Source: the human T2T-CHM13v2.0 reference genome, Homo sapiens
Strand: one strand, 5' to 3'
Assembly: GCF_009914755.1 (NCBI RefSeq)
Contig: NC_060933.1
Length of the DNA: 64,000 nt
The notes below the pieces were generated by a model. The model saw only the letters and a program-made list of their open reading frames with translations. It was not told the origin of the DNA and searched no databases. Shown piece by piece: positions 14,801 to 27,685 of the stretch. Made by a program: the position numbers and the translations under genes. The number at the start of each line of letters is the position of its first letter. Positions within the stretch are counted from its first letter, which is position 1.

Positions 14801-17800
14801 CATTCCAATCCATTCCATTCCATTTCGTTCCATTCCTTTCCATTCCATTCCATTCCATTCTATTCGGGTTAATTCCATTCCATTCCATTCCATTCCATTC
14901 CATTCCATTCCATTCCAACCTATTCCATTCCATTGCAATCGAGTTGAATCCATTGCATTTCATTCCATTCCATTCCATTCCATTCCATTGCAATCGAGTT
15001 GAATCCATTGCATTTCATTCCATTCCATTCCATTCCATTCCATTCCGGAAGATTCCATTCCATTGCATTCCATTCCATTCCATTCCCCTGCACTCGCGTT
15101 GATTCCATTCCATTCCATTCCATTCCATTCCGTTCCGTTCCATTCCATTTCATTCCATTCCATTCCATTCCATTCCGTTCCGTTCCATTCCATTCCATTC
15201 CATTCTATTCGGGTTAATTCCATTCCATTCCATTCGATTGCAATCGAGTTGATTCCATTCCATTCCATTCCATTCCATTCCATTCCATTCCAATCGTGTT
15301 GATTGCATTCCATTCCATTCCATTCCATTCCACTCCATTCCAGTCCTTTCCATTCCATTCCATTCCATTCCATTGCAATCGAGTTGATTCCATTCCATTC
15401 CATTCAATTCCGGATGATTCCATTCCATTGCCTTCAATTCCATTCCATTCCCCTGCACTCGGTTTGATTCCATTCCATTCCATTCCATTTCATTCCATTC
15501 CATTTCGTTCCATTCCATTCTATTCCGTACCATTCCATTCCATTCCATTCCATACCATACCATTCCATTCCGTTCCATTCCATTCCATTCCATTCCATTC
15601 CATTACATTCCATTCCGTTTCGTTCCATTCCATTCTATTCTGTACCATTCCATTCCATTCCATTCTATTCCATTCCATTCCATTGCATTCCATTCCACTC
15701 CATTCCATGCCATTCCACTCGGGTTGATTCCTTTACCTTCCATTCCATTCGAGTTGAATCCATTCCATTCCATTCCATTCCATTCCATTGCACACGGGTT
15801 CATTCCATTCCATTCCATTCCATTCCATTCCATTCCATTCCATTCTATTAGATTCCATTTCGTTCCATTCCATTCTATTCTGTACCATTCCATTCCATTC
15901 AATTCCACTCCTTTCCATGCCATTCCACTCGGGTTTATTCCATTTCTTTTCATTCCATTCGGGTTGAATCCATTCCATTCCATTCCATTCCATTCCTTTC
16001 GATTCCATTACATTGCACTCGGGATGATTCCATTCCATTCCATTCCATCCTATTCCATTCCATTCCATGACACTCCACTCGGGTTGATTCCATTCCTTTC
16101 CATTCCATTCGAGTTGAACCCATTCCATTCCATTCCACTCCATTCCATTCCATTCCATTCCACTCCATTCCATTCCATTCCATTCCATTCCATTCCGTTC
16201 CATTGCACACGATTTCATTCCACTCCATTCCATTCCATTCCATTCCATTCCATTCCATTTCGCTCCATTCCATTCTATTCCGTACCATTCCATTCCGTTC
16301 CATTCCATTCCATTCCATTCCATTCCATTCCATTCCATGCCATTCTACTCGGGTTGATTCCATTCCTTTCCATTGCATTCGAGTTGAACCCATTCCATTC
16401 CATTCCATTCCATTCCATTCCATTCCATTCCATTGCACACGGGTTCATTTCATTCCATTCCATTCCATTCCATTCCATTCCATTCCATTCCATTTCGTTC
16501 CATTCCATTCTATTCCATACCATTCCATTCCATTCCATTCCATTAGACTCCATTCCATGCCATTCCACTCGGGTTTATTCCATTCCTTTCCATTCCATTC
16601 GGGTTGAATGCATTCCATTTCATTCCATTCCATTCCATTCCATTCCATTACATTGCACTCGTGTTGTTTCCATTCCATTCCATTCCATTCCATTCCATTC
16701 CATTCCATTCCATTCCATTCCATTCCATGCCATTCCACTCGGGTTGATTCCATTCCATTCCATTCCATTCGAGTCGAACCCATTCCATTCCATTCCATTC
16801 CATTCCATTCCATTGCACACGGTTTCATTCCATTCCATTCCATTCCATTGTATTCCATTTCGTTCCATTCCATTCTATTCCGTACCATTCCATTCCATTC
16901 CATTCCATTCCACTCCATTTCATTCCATTCCATGCCATTCCATTCCCCTGCACTCGGGTTCATTACCTTCCATTCCATTTACTTCCATTCCATTCCATTC
17001 CATTCTATTCGGGTTAATTCCACTCCATTCCATTCCATTCCATTCCATTCCATTCCATTCCATTCCATTCCATTCCATTCCATTCCATTGCAATCGAGTT
17101 GATTCCATTCCATTCCATTCAATTCCGGATGATTCCATTCCATTGCCTTCAATTCCATTCCATTCCCCTGCACTCGGGTTGATTCCATTCCATTCCATTC
17201 CATTCCATTCCATTTCATTCCATTCCATTTCGTTCCTTTCCATTCTATTCCATACCATTCCATTCCATTCCATTCCATTCCATTCCATGCCATACCACTC
17301 GGGTTGATTCCATTCCTTTCCATTCCATTCGAGTTCAATCCATTCCAATCCATTCCATTCCATTCGATTCCATTCCATTGCACACGGGTTCATTCCATTC
17401 CATCCCATTCCATTCTATTCCATTCCATTCCATTTCCTTCCATTCCATTCTATTCCGTACCATTCCATTCCATTCCATTCCATTCCATTCCACTCCATTC
17501 CATGCCATTCCACTCGGGTTTATTCCATTCCTTTCCATTCCATTCTGGTTGAATCCATTCCATTCCATTCCATTCCATTCGATTCCATTACATTGCACTC
17601 GGGTTGATTCCATTCCATTCCATTCCTTTACATTTCATTCCATTCCACTCCATTCCATGCCATTCCACGCGGGTTTATTCCATTCCTTTCAATTCCATTC
17701 GGGTTGAATCCATTCCATTCCATTCCATTCCATTGCATTCCATTGCATTCCATTGCAATCGAGTTGATTCCATTCCATTCCATTCAATTCCGGATGATTC

Positions 17801-19049
17801 CATTCCATTGCCTTCAATTCCATTCCATTCCCCTGCACTCGGGTTGATTCCATTCCATTCCATTCCATTCCATTCCATTCCATTCCATTTCATTCCATTC
17901 CATTTCGTTCCATTCCATTCTTTTCCGTTCCATTCCATTCCATTCCATTCCATTCCATTCCATTCCTTTCCATTCTATTCGGGTTAATTCCATTCCATTC
18001 CATTCCATTCCATTCCATTCCATTCCGTTCCATTCAATTCCATTACATTCGGATTGATTCTTTTTAATTCCCTTACACTCCATTACATTCTATTCCATTC
18101 GGGTAGTTTCCATACCATTCCATTCCATTCCACTGCATTCTATTGCACTCGGGTTGATTGATTCCATTGCATTGCATTCCATTCCATTCCATTCCATTCC
18201 GGAGGATTCCATTCCATTGCATTCCATTGCATTCCATTCCCCTGTACTCGGGTTGATCCCATTCCATTGCATTCCATTCAATTCCATTCCATTCCATTCC
18301 ATTCCGTTCCGTTCCATTCCATTCCCTTCCATTCTCTTCAGGTTAATTCCATTCCATTCCATTCCCTTCCATTCCATTCCATTCCATTCCATTCCATTCC
18401 ATGCCATTCCACTCGGGTTGATTCCATTCCTTTCCATTCCATTCGAGTTGAACCCATTCCATTCCATTCCATTCCATTGCATTCCACTCGGGTTGATTCC
18501 ATTCCTTTCCATTCCATTCGGGTTGAATCCATTCCATTCCATTCCATTCCTTTCGATTCCAATCCATTTCACTCGGGTTGATCCCATTCCATTGCATTCC
18601 ATTCCATTCCATTGCATTCCATTCCGTTCCATTCCTTTCCATTACATTCGTATTGATTCTATTCAATTCCCTTACTCTCCATTACATTCCATTCCTTTCA
18701 GGTTGTTTCCATTCCATTCCATTCCATTCCACTCCATTCCATTTCAATCGGGTGATTCCATTCCATTCCATTGCATTCCATTCCATTCCATTCCATTCCG
18801 TATGATTCCATTCCATTGCATTCCATTCCATTCCATTCCCTTGCACTCGGTTGGATTCCATTCTATTCCATTCCATTCCATTCCATTCCATTCCATTCTA
18901 TTCGTGTTAATTTCATTCCATTCCATTCCATTCCCTTCCATTGCATTCCATTCCATTCCATTCCATTCCATTGAAATCGAGTTGATTCCATTCCATTCCA
19001 TTCCATTCCATTCCATTCCATTCCATTCCATTCCATTCCATTCCATTCT

Positions 19050-19470
19050 ATTCGGGTTAATTCCATTCCATTCCATTCCATTCCATTCCCTTCCATTCCA
19101 TTCTATTCCATTCCATTCCATTCCATTCCATTCTATTAGGGTTAATTCCATTCCATTCCATTCCATTCCATTCCATCCCATTCCATTCCATTCCATTGCA
19201 ATCGAGTTGATTCCATTCCATTCCATTCCATTCCATTCCATTCAATTCCATTGAAATCGGGTTAATTCCATTCCATTCCATTCCATTCCATTCCCTTCCA
19301 TTCCATTCTATTCCATTCCATTCCATTCCATTCCATTCCATTCTATTAGGGTTAATTCCATTCCATTCCATTCCATTCCATTCCATCCCATTCCATTCCA
19401 TTCCATTGCAATCGAGTTGATTCCATTCCATTCCATTCCATTCCATTCCATTCAATTCCATTGAACTCGG
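19050..19470 (+). repeat. 210-bp tandem duplication
   Basis: TTCTATTAGGGTTAATT at 19131 and 19341; TTCCATCCCA at 19171 and 19381. Confidence 0.85.
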
Positions 19471-20755
19471 GTTGATTCCATTCCATTCCATGCCATTCCA
19501 TTTCATTCCATTCCATTCCATTCCATTCCATTCCATTCCTTTCCGTTCCATTCCACTACATTCGGATTGATTATATTCAATTCCCTTACACTCCATTACA
19601 TTCTATTCCATTCGTGTTGTTTCCATTCTATTCCATTCCATTCCACTCCATTCCATTGCACTCTGGTTGATTCCATTACATTCCCTTCCATTCCGTATGA
19701 CTCCATTCCATTTCATTCCATTCCATTGCATTCCCCTGCACTGGAGTTGATTACATTCCATTCCATTACCTTCCTTTCCGTTCCATTCCATTCTATTCGG
19801 GTTAATTCCATTCCATTCCATTACATTCCATTCCCTTCCATTCCATTCCATTCCATTCCATTCCATTCCATTCCATTCGATTCTATCCGGATTAATTCCA
19901 TTCCATTCCATTCCATTCCATTCCATTCCATTCCATTGCAATCGAGTTCATTCCATTCCATTCCATTCCGGATGATTCCATTCCATTGCCTTCCATTCCA
20001 TTCCATTACCATGCACTCGGGTTGTTTCCATTCCATTCCATTCCATTCCATTCCATTCCATTCCATTTCGTTCCATTCGATTCTATTCCGTAGCATTCAA
20101 TTCCATTCCATTCCATGCCATTCCATTCCATTCCAGTCCATGCCATTCCACTCGGGTTGATTTCATTCCTTTCCATTCCATTCGAGTTGTATCCTTTCCA
20201 TTCCATTCCTTTCCATTCGATTCCATTCCATTGCACACGGGTTCATTCCATTCCATTCCATTCCATTCCATTCCATTCCATTTCGTTCCATTCCATTCTA
20301 TTCCGTACCATTCCATTCCATTCCATTCCATTCCAGTCCATTCCATGCCATTCCACTCGGGTTGATTCCATTCCTTTCCATTCCATTTGGGTTGAATCCA
20401 TTCCATTCCATTCCATTCCATTCGATTCCATTACATTACACTTGGGTTGATTCCATTCCATTCCATTCCATTCCATTCCATACCATTCCATTCCATTCCA
20501 TTCCATGCCATTCCACTCGGGTTGATTCCATTCCTTTCCATTCCTTTCGAGTTGAACCCATTCCATTCCATTCCATTCCATTCCATTGCACACGGGTTCA
20601 TTCCATTCCATTCCATTCCATTCCATTTCGTTTTTTTCCATTCTATTCCGTACCATTCCATTCCATTCCATTCCATTCCATGCCATTCCACTCGGGTTTA
20701 TTCCATTCCTTTCCATTCCATTCGGGTTCAATCCATTCCATTCCCTTCCATTCCA

Positions 20756-20965
20756 TTCGATTCCATTCCATTGCACTCGGGTTGATTCCATTCCATTCCA
20801 TGCCATTCCATTTCATTCCATTCCATTCCATTCCATTCCATTCTATTCCGTTCCATTCCATTCGATTCCATTCCATTGCACTCGGGTTGATTCCATTCCA
20901 TTCCATGCCATTCCATTTCATTCCATTCCATTCCATTCCATTCCATTCTATTCCGTTCCATTCCA
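20756..20965 (+). repeat. 105-bp tandem duplication
   Basis: TTCGATTCCATTCCATTGCACTCGGGTTG...ATGCCATTCCATTTC at 20756 and 20861. Confidence 0.85.
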
Positions 20966-23900
20966 TTCAATTACATTCGTATTGATTCTTTTTAATTCCC
21001 TTACACTCCATTACATTCCATTCCATTCGGGTACTTTCCATTCCATTCCATTCCATTCCACTGCATTCTATTGCACTCGGGTTGATTGATTCCATTCCAT
21101 TGCATTCCATTCCATTCCATTGCACACGGGTTCATTCCATTCCATTCCATTCCTTTCCATTCCATTCCATTGCACACGGGTTCATTCCATTCCATTCCAT
21201 TACATTCCATTCCATTTCGTTCCATTCCATTCTATTCCGTACCATTCCATTCCATTCCATTCCATTCCATTCCATTCCACTCCATTCCATGCCATTCCAC
21301 TCGGGTTTATTCCATTCCTTTCCATTCCATTCGGGTTGAATCCATTCCATTCCATTCCATTCCATTCCATTCAATTCCATTACATAGCAATCGGGTTGAT
21401 TCCATTGCATTCCATTCCATTCCATTGCATTCCATTCCATTCCATTCCATTCCATTGCATTCCATTCCATGCCATTCCACTCGGGTTGATTCCATTCCTT
21501 TCCATTCCATTCGAGTTGAACCCATTCCATTCCATTCCATTCCATTCCATTCCATTCCATTGCAATCGAATTTATTCCATTCCATTCCATTCCATTCCAT
21601 TCCATACCATTCCATTCCATGCCATTCCACTCGGGTTGATTCCATTGCTTTCCATTCGATTTGGGTTGAATCCAATCCATTCCATTCATTCAATTCCATT
21701 CCTTTCCATTGCACTAGGTTTGATTCCATTCCACAGCATTCCATTCCATTCCATTCCATTCCACTGCATTCCATTCCATTCCATTCCATTCTATTCCATT
21801 CCATTCCATTCCATTCCACTCGGGATGATTCCATTCCTTTCCATTCCATTCGGGTTGAAACCATTCCATTCCATTCCATTCCTTTCGATTCCATTCCATT
21901 ACACTCGGGTTGATCCCATTCCATTGCATTGCATTCCATTCCATTGCATTCCATTCCGTTCCATTCCATTCCATTACATTCGTATTGATTCTATTCAATT
22001 CCCTTACACTCCATTACATTCCATTCCATTCGGGTTGTTTCCATTCCATTCCATTCCATTCCACTCCATTCCATTGCAATCGGGTTGATTCCATTCCATT
22101 CCAATCCATTCCATTCCGTATGATTCCATTCCATTGCATTGCATTCCATTCCATTCCCCTGCTCTCGGGTGGATTCCATTCTATTCCATTCCATTCCATT
22201 CCATTCCATTCCATTCCATTCCATTCCACTCCACTCCATGCCATTCCACTCGGGTTTAATCCATTCCTTTCCATTCCATTCGGGTTGAATCCATTCCATT
22301 CCATTCCATTCCACTCAATTCCATTACATTGCAATCGGGTTGATTCCATTCCATTCCATTCCATTCCATTCCATTGCATTCCATTCCATTTCGTTCTTTT
22401 CCATTCTATTCCGTACCATTCCATTCCATTCCTTTGCATTCCATGCCATTCCACTCGGGTTTATTCCATTCATTTTCATTCCATTCGGGTTGAATCCATT
22501 CCATTCCATTCCATTCCATTCCATTCCATTGCACTAGGTTTGATTCCATTCCACTGCATTCCATTCCATTCCATTCCATTCCATTCCGTTCCATTCCATT
22601 CCATTACATTCGGTTTGATTGTATTCAATTCCCTTACACTTCATTTCATTCCATTCCATTCAGGTTGTTTCCATTCCATTCCAATCCATTCCACTCCATT
22701 CCATTGAACTCGTGTTGATTGCATTCCATTCCATTCCATTCTACTCCATTTCGTTCTATTCCATTCTATTCGGTAGCATTCCATTCCATTCCATTCCAAT
22801 CCATTCCATTCCATGCCATTCCACTTGGGTTGATTCCCTTCCTTTCCATTCCATTCGGGTTGAATCCATTCCATTCCATTCCATTCCATTCCATTCCATT
22901 CCATTCCTTTCAATTCCATTGCACAAGGGTTGGTTCCATTCCATTCCTTTCCGTTCCATTCCGGATGACTCCATTCCATTGCATTCCATTCCATTCCATT
23001 CCCCTGCACTCGGGTTCATTACCTTCCATTCCATTTACTTCCTTTCCATTCCATTCCATTCTATTCTGGTTAATTCCATTCCATTCCATTGCATTCCATT
23101 CCATTCCATTCCATTCCATTCCATTCCATTCCATTCCATTCCATTCCATTCCATTCCATTGCAATCGAGTTGATTCCATTCCATTCCATTCAATTCCGTA
23201 TGATTCCATTCCATTGCCTTCAATTCCATTCCATTCCCCTGCACTCGGGTTGATTCCATTCCATTCCATTCCATTCCATTTCGTTCCATTCCATTCTATT
23301 CCGTACCATTCCATTCTATTCCATTCCATTCCATTCCACTCGACTCCATGCCATTCCACTAGGGTTTATTCCATTCCTTTCCATTCCATTCGGGTTGAAT
23401 CCATTCCATTCCATTCCATTCCATTCGATTCCATTACATTGCACTCGGGTTGATTCCTTTGCATTCCATTCCATTACATTCCATTGCATTCCATTCCATT
23501 CCATTCCCCTGCACTCAGGTTGATTCCATTCGATTCCTTTGCATTCCATTCCATTCGGGTTGTTTCCATTCCATTCCATTCCATTCCACTCCATTCCACT
23601 CCATTCCATTGCAATCGGGTTGATTCCATTCCATTCCATTGCATTCCATTCCATTCCATTCCATTCCGTATGATTCCATTCCATTGCATTCCATTCCATT
23701 CCATTCCCCTGCACTCGGTTGGATTCCATTGTATTCCATTCCATTCCATTCCATTCCATTCCATTCTATTCGGGTTAATTTCATTCCATTCCATTCCATT
23801 CCCTTCTATTCCATTCCATTCCATTCCATTCAATTCCATTGAAATCGAGTTGATTCCATTCCATTCCATTCCATTCCATTCTATTCGGGTTAATTCCATT

Positions 23901-24129
23901 CCATTCCATTCCATTCCATTCCCTTCCATTCCATTCCATTCCATTCCATTCCATTCTATTAGGGTTAATTCCATTCCATTCCATTCCATTCCATTCCATT
24001 CCATTCCATGCCATTCCACTCGGGTTTATTCCATTCCTTTCCATTCCATTTGGGTTGAATCCATTCCATTCCATTCCATTCCATTCCATTCCATTCCATT
24101 CCATTCCATGCCATTGCACTCAGGTTGAT

Positions 24130-26350
24130 TCCATTCCTTTCCATTCCATTCGAATTGAACCCATTCCATTCCATTCCATTCCATTCCATTCCATTCCATT
24201 GCTCACGGGTTCATTCCATTCCATTCCATTCCATTCCATTCCATTCCATTTCGTTCCATTCCATTCTACTCCGTACCATTCCATTCCATTCCATTCCCTT
24301 CCATGCCATTTCACTCGGGTTTATTCCATTCCTTTCCATTCCATTCGGGTTGAATCCATTCCATTCCATTCCATTCCATTCCATTCCATTCCATTGCGCT
24401 CGGGTTGATTCCATTCCATTCTATGCCATTCCATTTCATTCCATTCCATTCCATTCCTTTCCTTTCAATTCCATTCCATTACATTCGGATTGATTCTTTT
24501 TAATTCCCTTACACTCCATTACATTCCATTCCATTCGGGTACTTTCCATTCCATTCCATTCCATTCCACTGCATTCTATTGCACTCGCGTTGATTGATTC
24601 CATTCCATTGCATTCCATTGCATTCCATTCCATTCCATTCCATTCCATTCTGTTCAGGTTAATTCCATTCCATTCCATTCCCTTCCATTCCATTCCATTC
24701 CATTCCATCCCATTGCAATCGAGGTGATTCCATTGCATTCCATTCCATTCCATTCCATTGCATTCCATTCCATTCCATTCCCCTGCACTCAGATTGATTC
24801 CATTCCATTCCTTTCCATTCAATTCCGTTCCATTCCTTTCCATTCCATTCTATTTGCGTTAATTCCGTTCCATTCCATTCCATTACATTCCTTTGCAATC
24901 GAGTTGATTCCATTCCATTCCGTTCCATTCCATTCCATTCCATTCCATTCCATGCCATTCCACTCGGGTTGATTCCATTCCTTTCCATTCCATTCGAGTT
25001 GAATCCATTCCATTCCATTCCATTCCATTCCATTCCATTCCATTGCTCACGTGTTCATTCCATTCCATTCCATTCCATTCCATTCCATTTCGTTCCATTC
25101 CATTCTCTTCCGTAGTATTCCATTCCATTCCATTCCACTCCATTCCATGCCATTCCACTCGGGTTTATTCCATTCCTTTCCATTCCATTCGGGTTGAATT
25201 CATTCCATTCCATTCCATTCCATTCCATTCAATTCCATTACATTGCACTCGGGTTGATTCCATTCCATTCCATTCCATTTCAATCCATTCCCTTCCATTC
25301 CATTTCATTCCATTCCATTCCATTCCATTCCATTCCATTCCATTCCTTTCCATTCCATTCCATGCCATTCCACTCGGGTTGATTCCATTCCTTTCCATTC
25401 CATTCTAGTTGAACCCATTCCGTTCCATTCCATTCCATTCCATTCCATTCCATTCCATTGCACACGGGTTCATTCAATTACATTCCATTCCATTCCATTC
25501 CATTCCATTCCATTTCGTTCCATTCCATTCTATTTCTTACCATTCCATTCCATTCCATTCCCTTCCATGCCATTTCACTCGGGTTTATTCCATTCCTTTC
25601 CATTCCATTCGGGTTGAATCCATTCCATTCCATTCCATTCCATTCCATTGAACTCGGGTTGATTCCATTCCATTCCATGCCATTCCATTTCATTCCATTC
25701 CATTCCATTCCATTCTATTCCATTCCATTACGTTCCCTTCCATTCCATTACATTCGGATTGATTCTTTTTAATTCCCTTACACTCCATTACATTCCTTTC
25801 CATTCTGGTACTTTCCATTCCATTCCATTCCATTCCACTGCATTCTATTGCACTCGGGTTGATTGATTCCATTCCATTGCATTCCATTCCATTCCATTCC
25901 CCTGCACTCGGGTTGATCCCATTCCATTGCATTCCATTCCATTCCATTCCATTCCATTCCATTCCGTTCCATTCCATTCCATTCCATTCTCTTCAGCTTA
26001 ATTCCATTCCATTCCATTCCCTTCCATTCCGTTCCATTCCATTCCATTCCATTCTGTTCAGGTTAATTCCATTCCATTCCATTCCCTTCCATTCCATTCC
26101 ATTCCATTCCATCCCATTGCAATCTAGTTGATTCCATTGCATTCCATTCCATTCCATTCCATTCCATTGCATTCCATTCCATTCCATTCCCCTGCACTCA
26201 GATTGATTCCATTCCATCCCATTCCATTCCATTCCGTTCCATTACATTCCATTCCATTCTATTCGCGTTAATTCCATTCCATTCCATTCCATTGCATTCC
26301 ATTGCAATCGAGTTGATTCCATTCCATTCCGTTCCATTCCATTCCATTCC
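24130..26350 (+). repeat. Diverged ~1.27 kb tandem duplication in the left arm of the palindrome
   Basis: CCATGCCATTTCACTCGGGTTT ~24301 vs ~25565. CATTCGGATTGATTCTTTTTAA 24482 vs 25751. CACTCAGATTG ~24786 vs ~26195, where the offset grows from internal indels. Confidence 0.75.
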
Positions 26351-27685
26351 ATTCCATTTCATTCCATTCCATTCTATTCTGTACCATTCCATTCCATTCC
26401 ATTCCATTCCATTCCATTCCATGCCATTCCACTCTGGTTGATTCCATTGCTTTCCATTCCATTTGGGTTGAATCCAATCCATTCCATTCCATTCCATTCC
26501 ATTCCATTCCATTCCATTCCGTTCCATTCCATTCAATTGCACTAGGTTTGATTCCATTCCACTGCATTCCATTCCATTCCATTCCGTTCCATTCCATTCC
26601 ATTACATTCGGATTGATTGTATTCAATTCCCTTACACTCCATTACATTCCATTCCATTCGGGTTGTTTCCATTCCATTGCATTCCATTCCATTCCATTCC
26701 ATTCCATTTCGTTCCATTTCGTTCCATTCTATTCTATTCCTTACCATTCCATTCCATTCCATTCCATTGCACACGGAATGGAATGGAATGGAAACAACAC
26801 GAATGGAATGGAATGTAATGGAGTGTAAGGGAATTGAATACAATCAATCCGAATGTAATGTAATGGAATGGAACGGAATGGAATGGAATGGAATGCAGTG
26901 GAATGGAATCAAACCTAGTGCAATGGAATGGAATGGAATGGAATGGAATGGAAGGGATTGGATTCAACCCAAATGGAATGGAAAGCAATGGAATCAACCC
27001 GAGTGGAATGGCATGGAATGGAATGGAATGGAATGGAATGGAATGGTACAGAATAGAATGGAATGGAACGAAATGGAATGGAATGGAATGGAATGGAACG
27101 GAATGGAATGGAATCAACTCGATTGCAATGGAATGTAATGGAATGGAATGGAATGGAATTAACGCGAATAGAATGGAATGGAATGTAATGGAACGGAATG
27201 GAATGGAATGGGATGGAATGGAATCAATCTGAGTGCAGGGGAATGGAATGGAAAGGAATGCAATGGAATGGAATGGAATGGAATGGAATGGAATGCAATG
27301 GAATCAACTAGATTGCAATGGGATGGAATGGAATGGAATGGAATGGAAGGGAATGGAATGGAATGGAATTAACCTGAACAGAATGGAATGGAATGGAATG
27401 GAACGGAATGGAAGGGAATGGAATGGAATGGAATTAACCTGAACAGAATGGAATAGAATGGAATGGAACGGAATGAAATGGAATGGAATGGAATGGAATG
27501 CAATGGAATGGGATCAACCCGAGTGCAGGGGAATGGAATGGAATGGAATGCAATGGAATGGAATCAATCGACCCGAGTGCAATAGAATGCAGTGGAATGG
27601 AATGGAATGCAATGGAAAGTAACCGAATGGAATGGAATGTAATGGAGTGTAAGGGAATTAAAAAGAATCAATCCGAATGTAATGG
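25750..27685. repeat. Inner inverted repeat: arms ~25750-26685 and 26775-~27685, 89-bp spacer
   Basis: Ordered mirror motifs include GGTTGTTTCC 26661 / GGAAACAAC 26790, GCACTAGGTTTG ~26539 / CAAACCTAGTGC ~26910, TTCGCGTTAA ~26262 / TTAACGCGAA ~27159, CACTCAGATTG ~26195 / CAATCTGAGTG ~27225 and GATTCTTTTTAATT 25761 / AATTAAAAAGAATC ~27656. Confidence 0.9.
26769..26780. other. Strand-switch (inversion) junction within the satellite array
   Basis: ...CCATTCCATT-GCACAC-GG-AATGGAATGG... The left side is the recurrent motif CATTGCACACGGGTTCATT truncated after GG. That GG (26775-26776) is also the start of the first GGAAT unit. Confidence 0.95.

Larger units (their letters stand above)
724..15056. 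promoter_or_regulatory. Six perfect heat-shock-element motifs (aTTCc-gGAAg-aTTCc) in the left array
   Basis: ATTCCGGAAGATTCC starts at 724, 2150, 8394, 9073, 12609 and 15042 and matches nTTCnnGAAnnTTCn. This is a motif match only; binding is not shown. Confidence 0.55.
1..26774 (+). repeat. Satellite III (HSat3) array, C-rich (CATTC)n strand on +
   Basis: Continuous ATTCC pentamers with frequent CACTCGGGTTG/ATTCGGGTT(G/A) decamer insertions, the classic Sat III signature. The dense CATTCGATGAT pattern typical of HSat2 is not dominant. Confidence 0.96.

Noticed and set aside
26686-26800. Junction as a chimeric fold-back read or assembly artefact
   Set aside because: The arms differ by many substitutions and a ~1.27 kb indel, unlike a read-level palindrome artefact. 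A mis-join cannot be fully excluded without reads.
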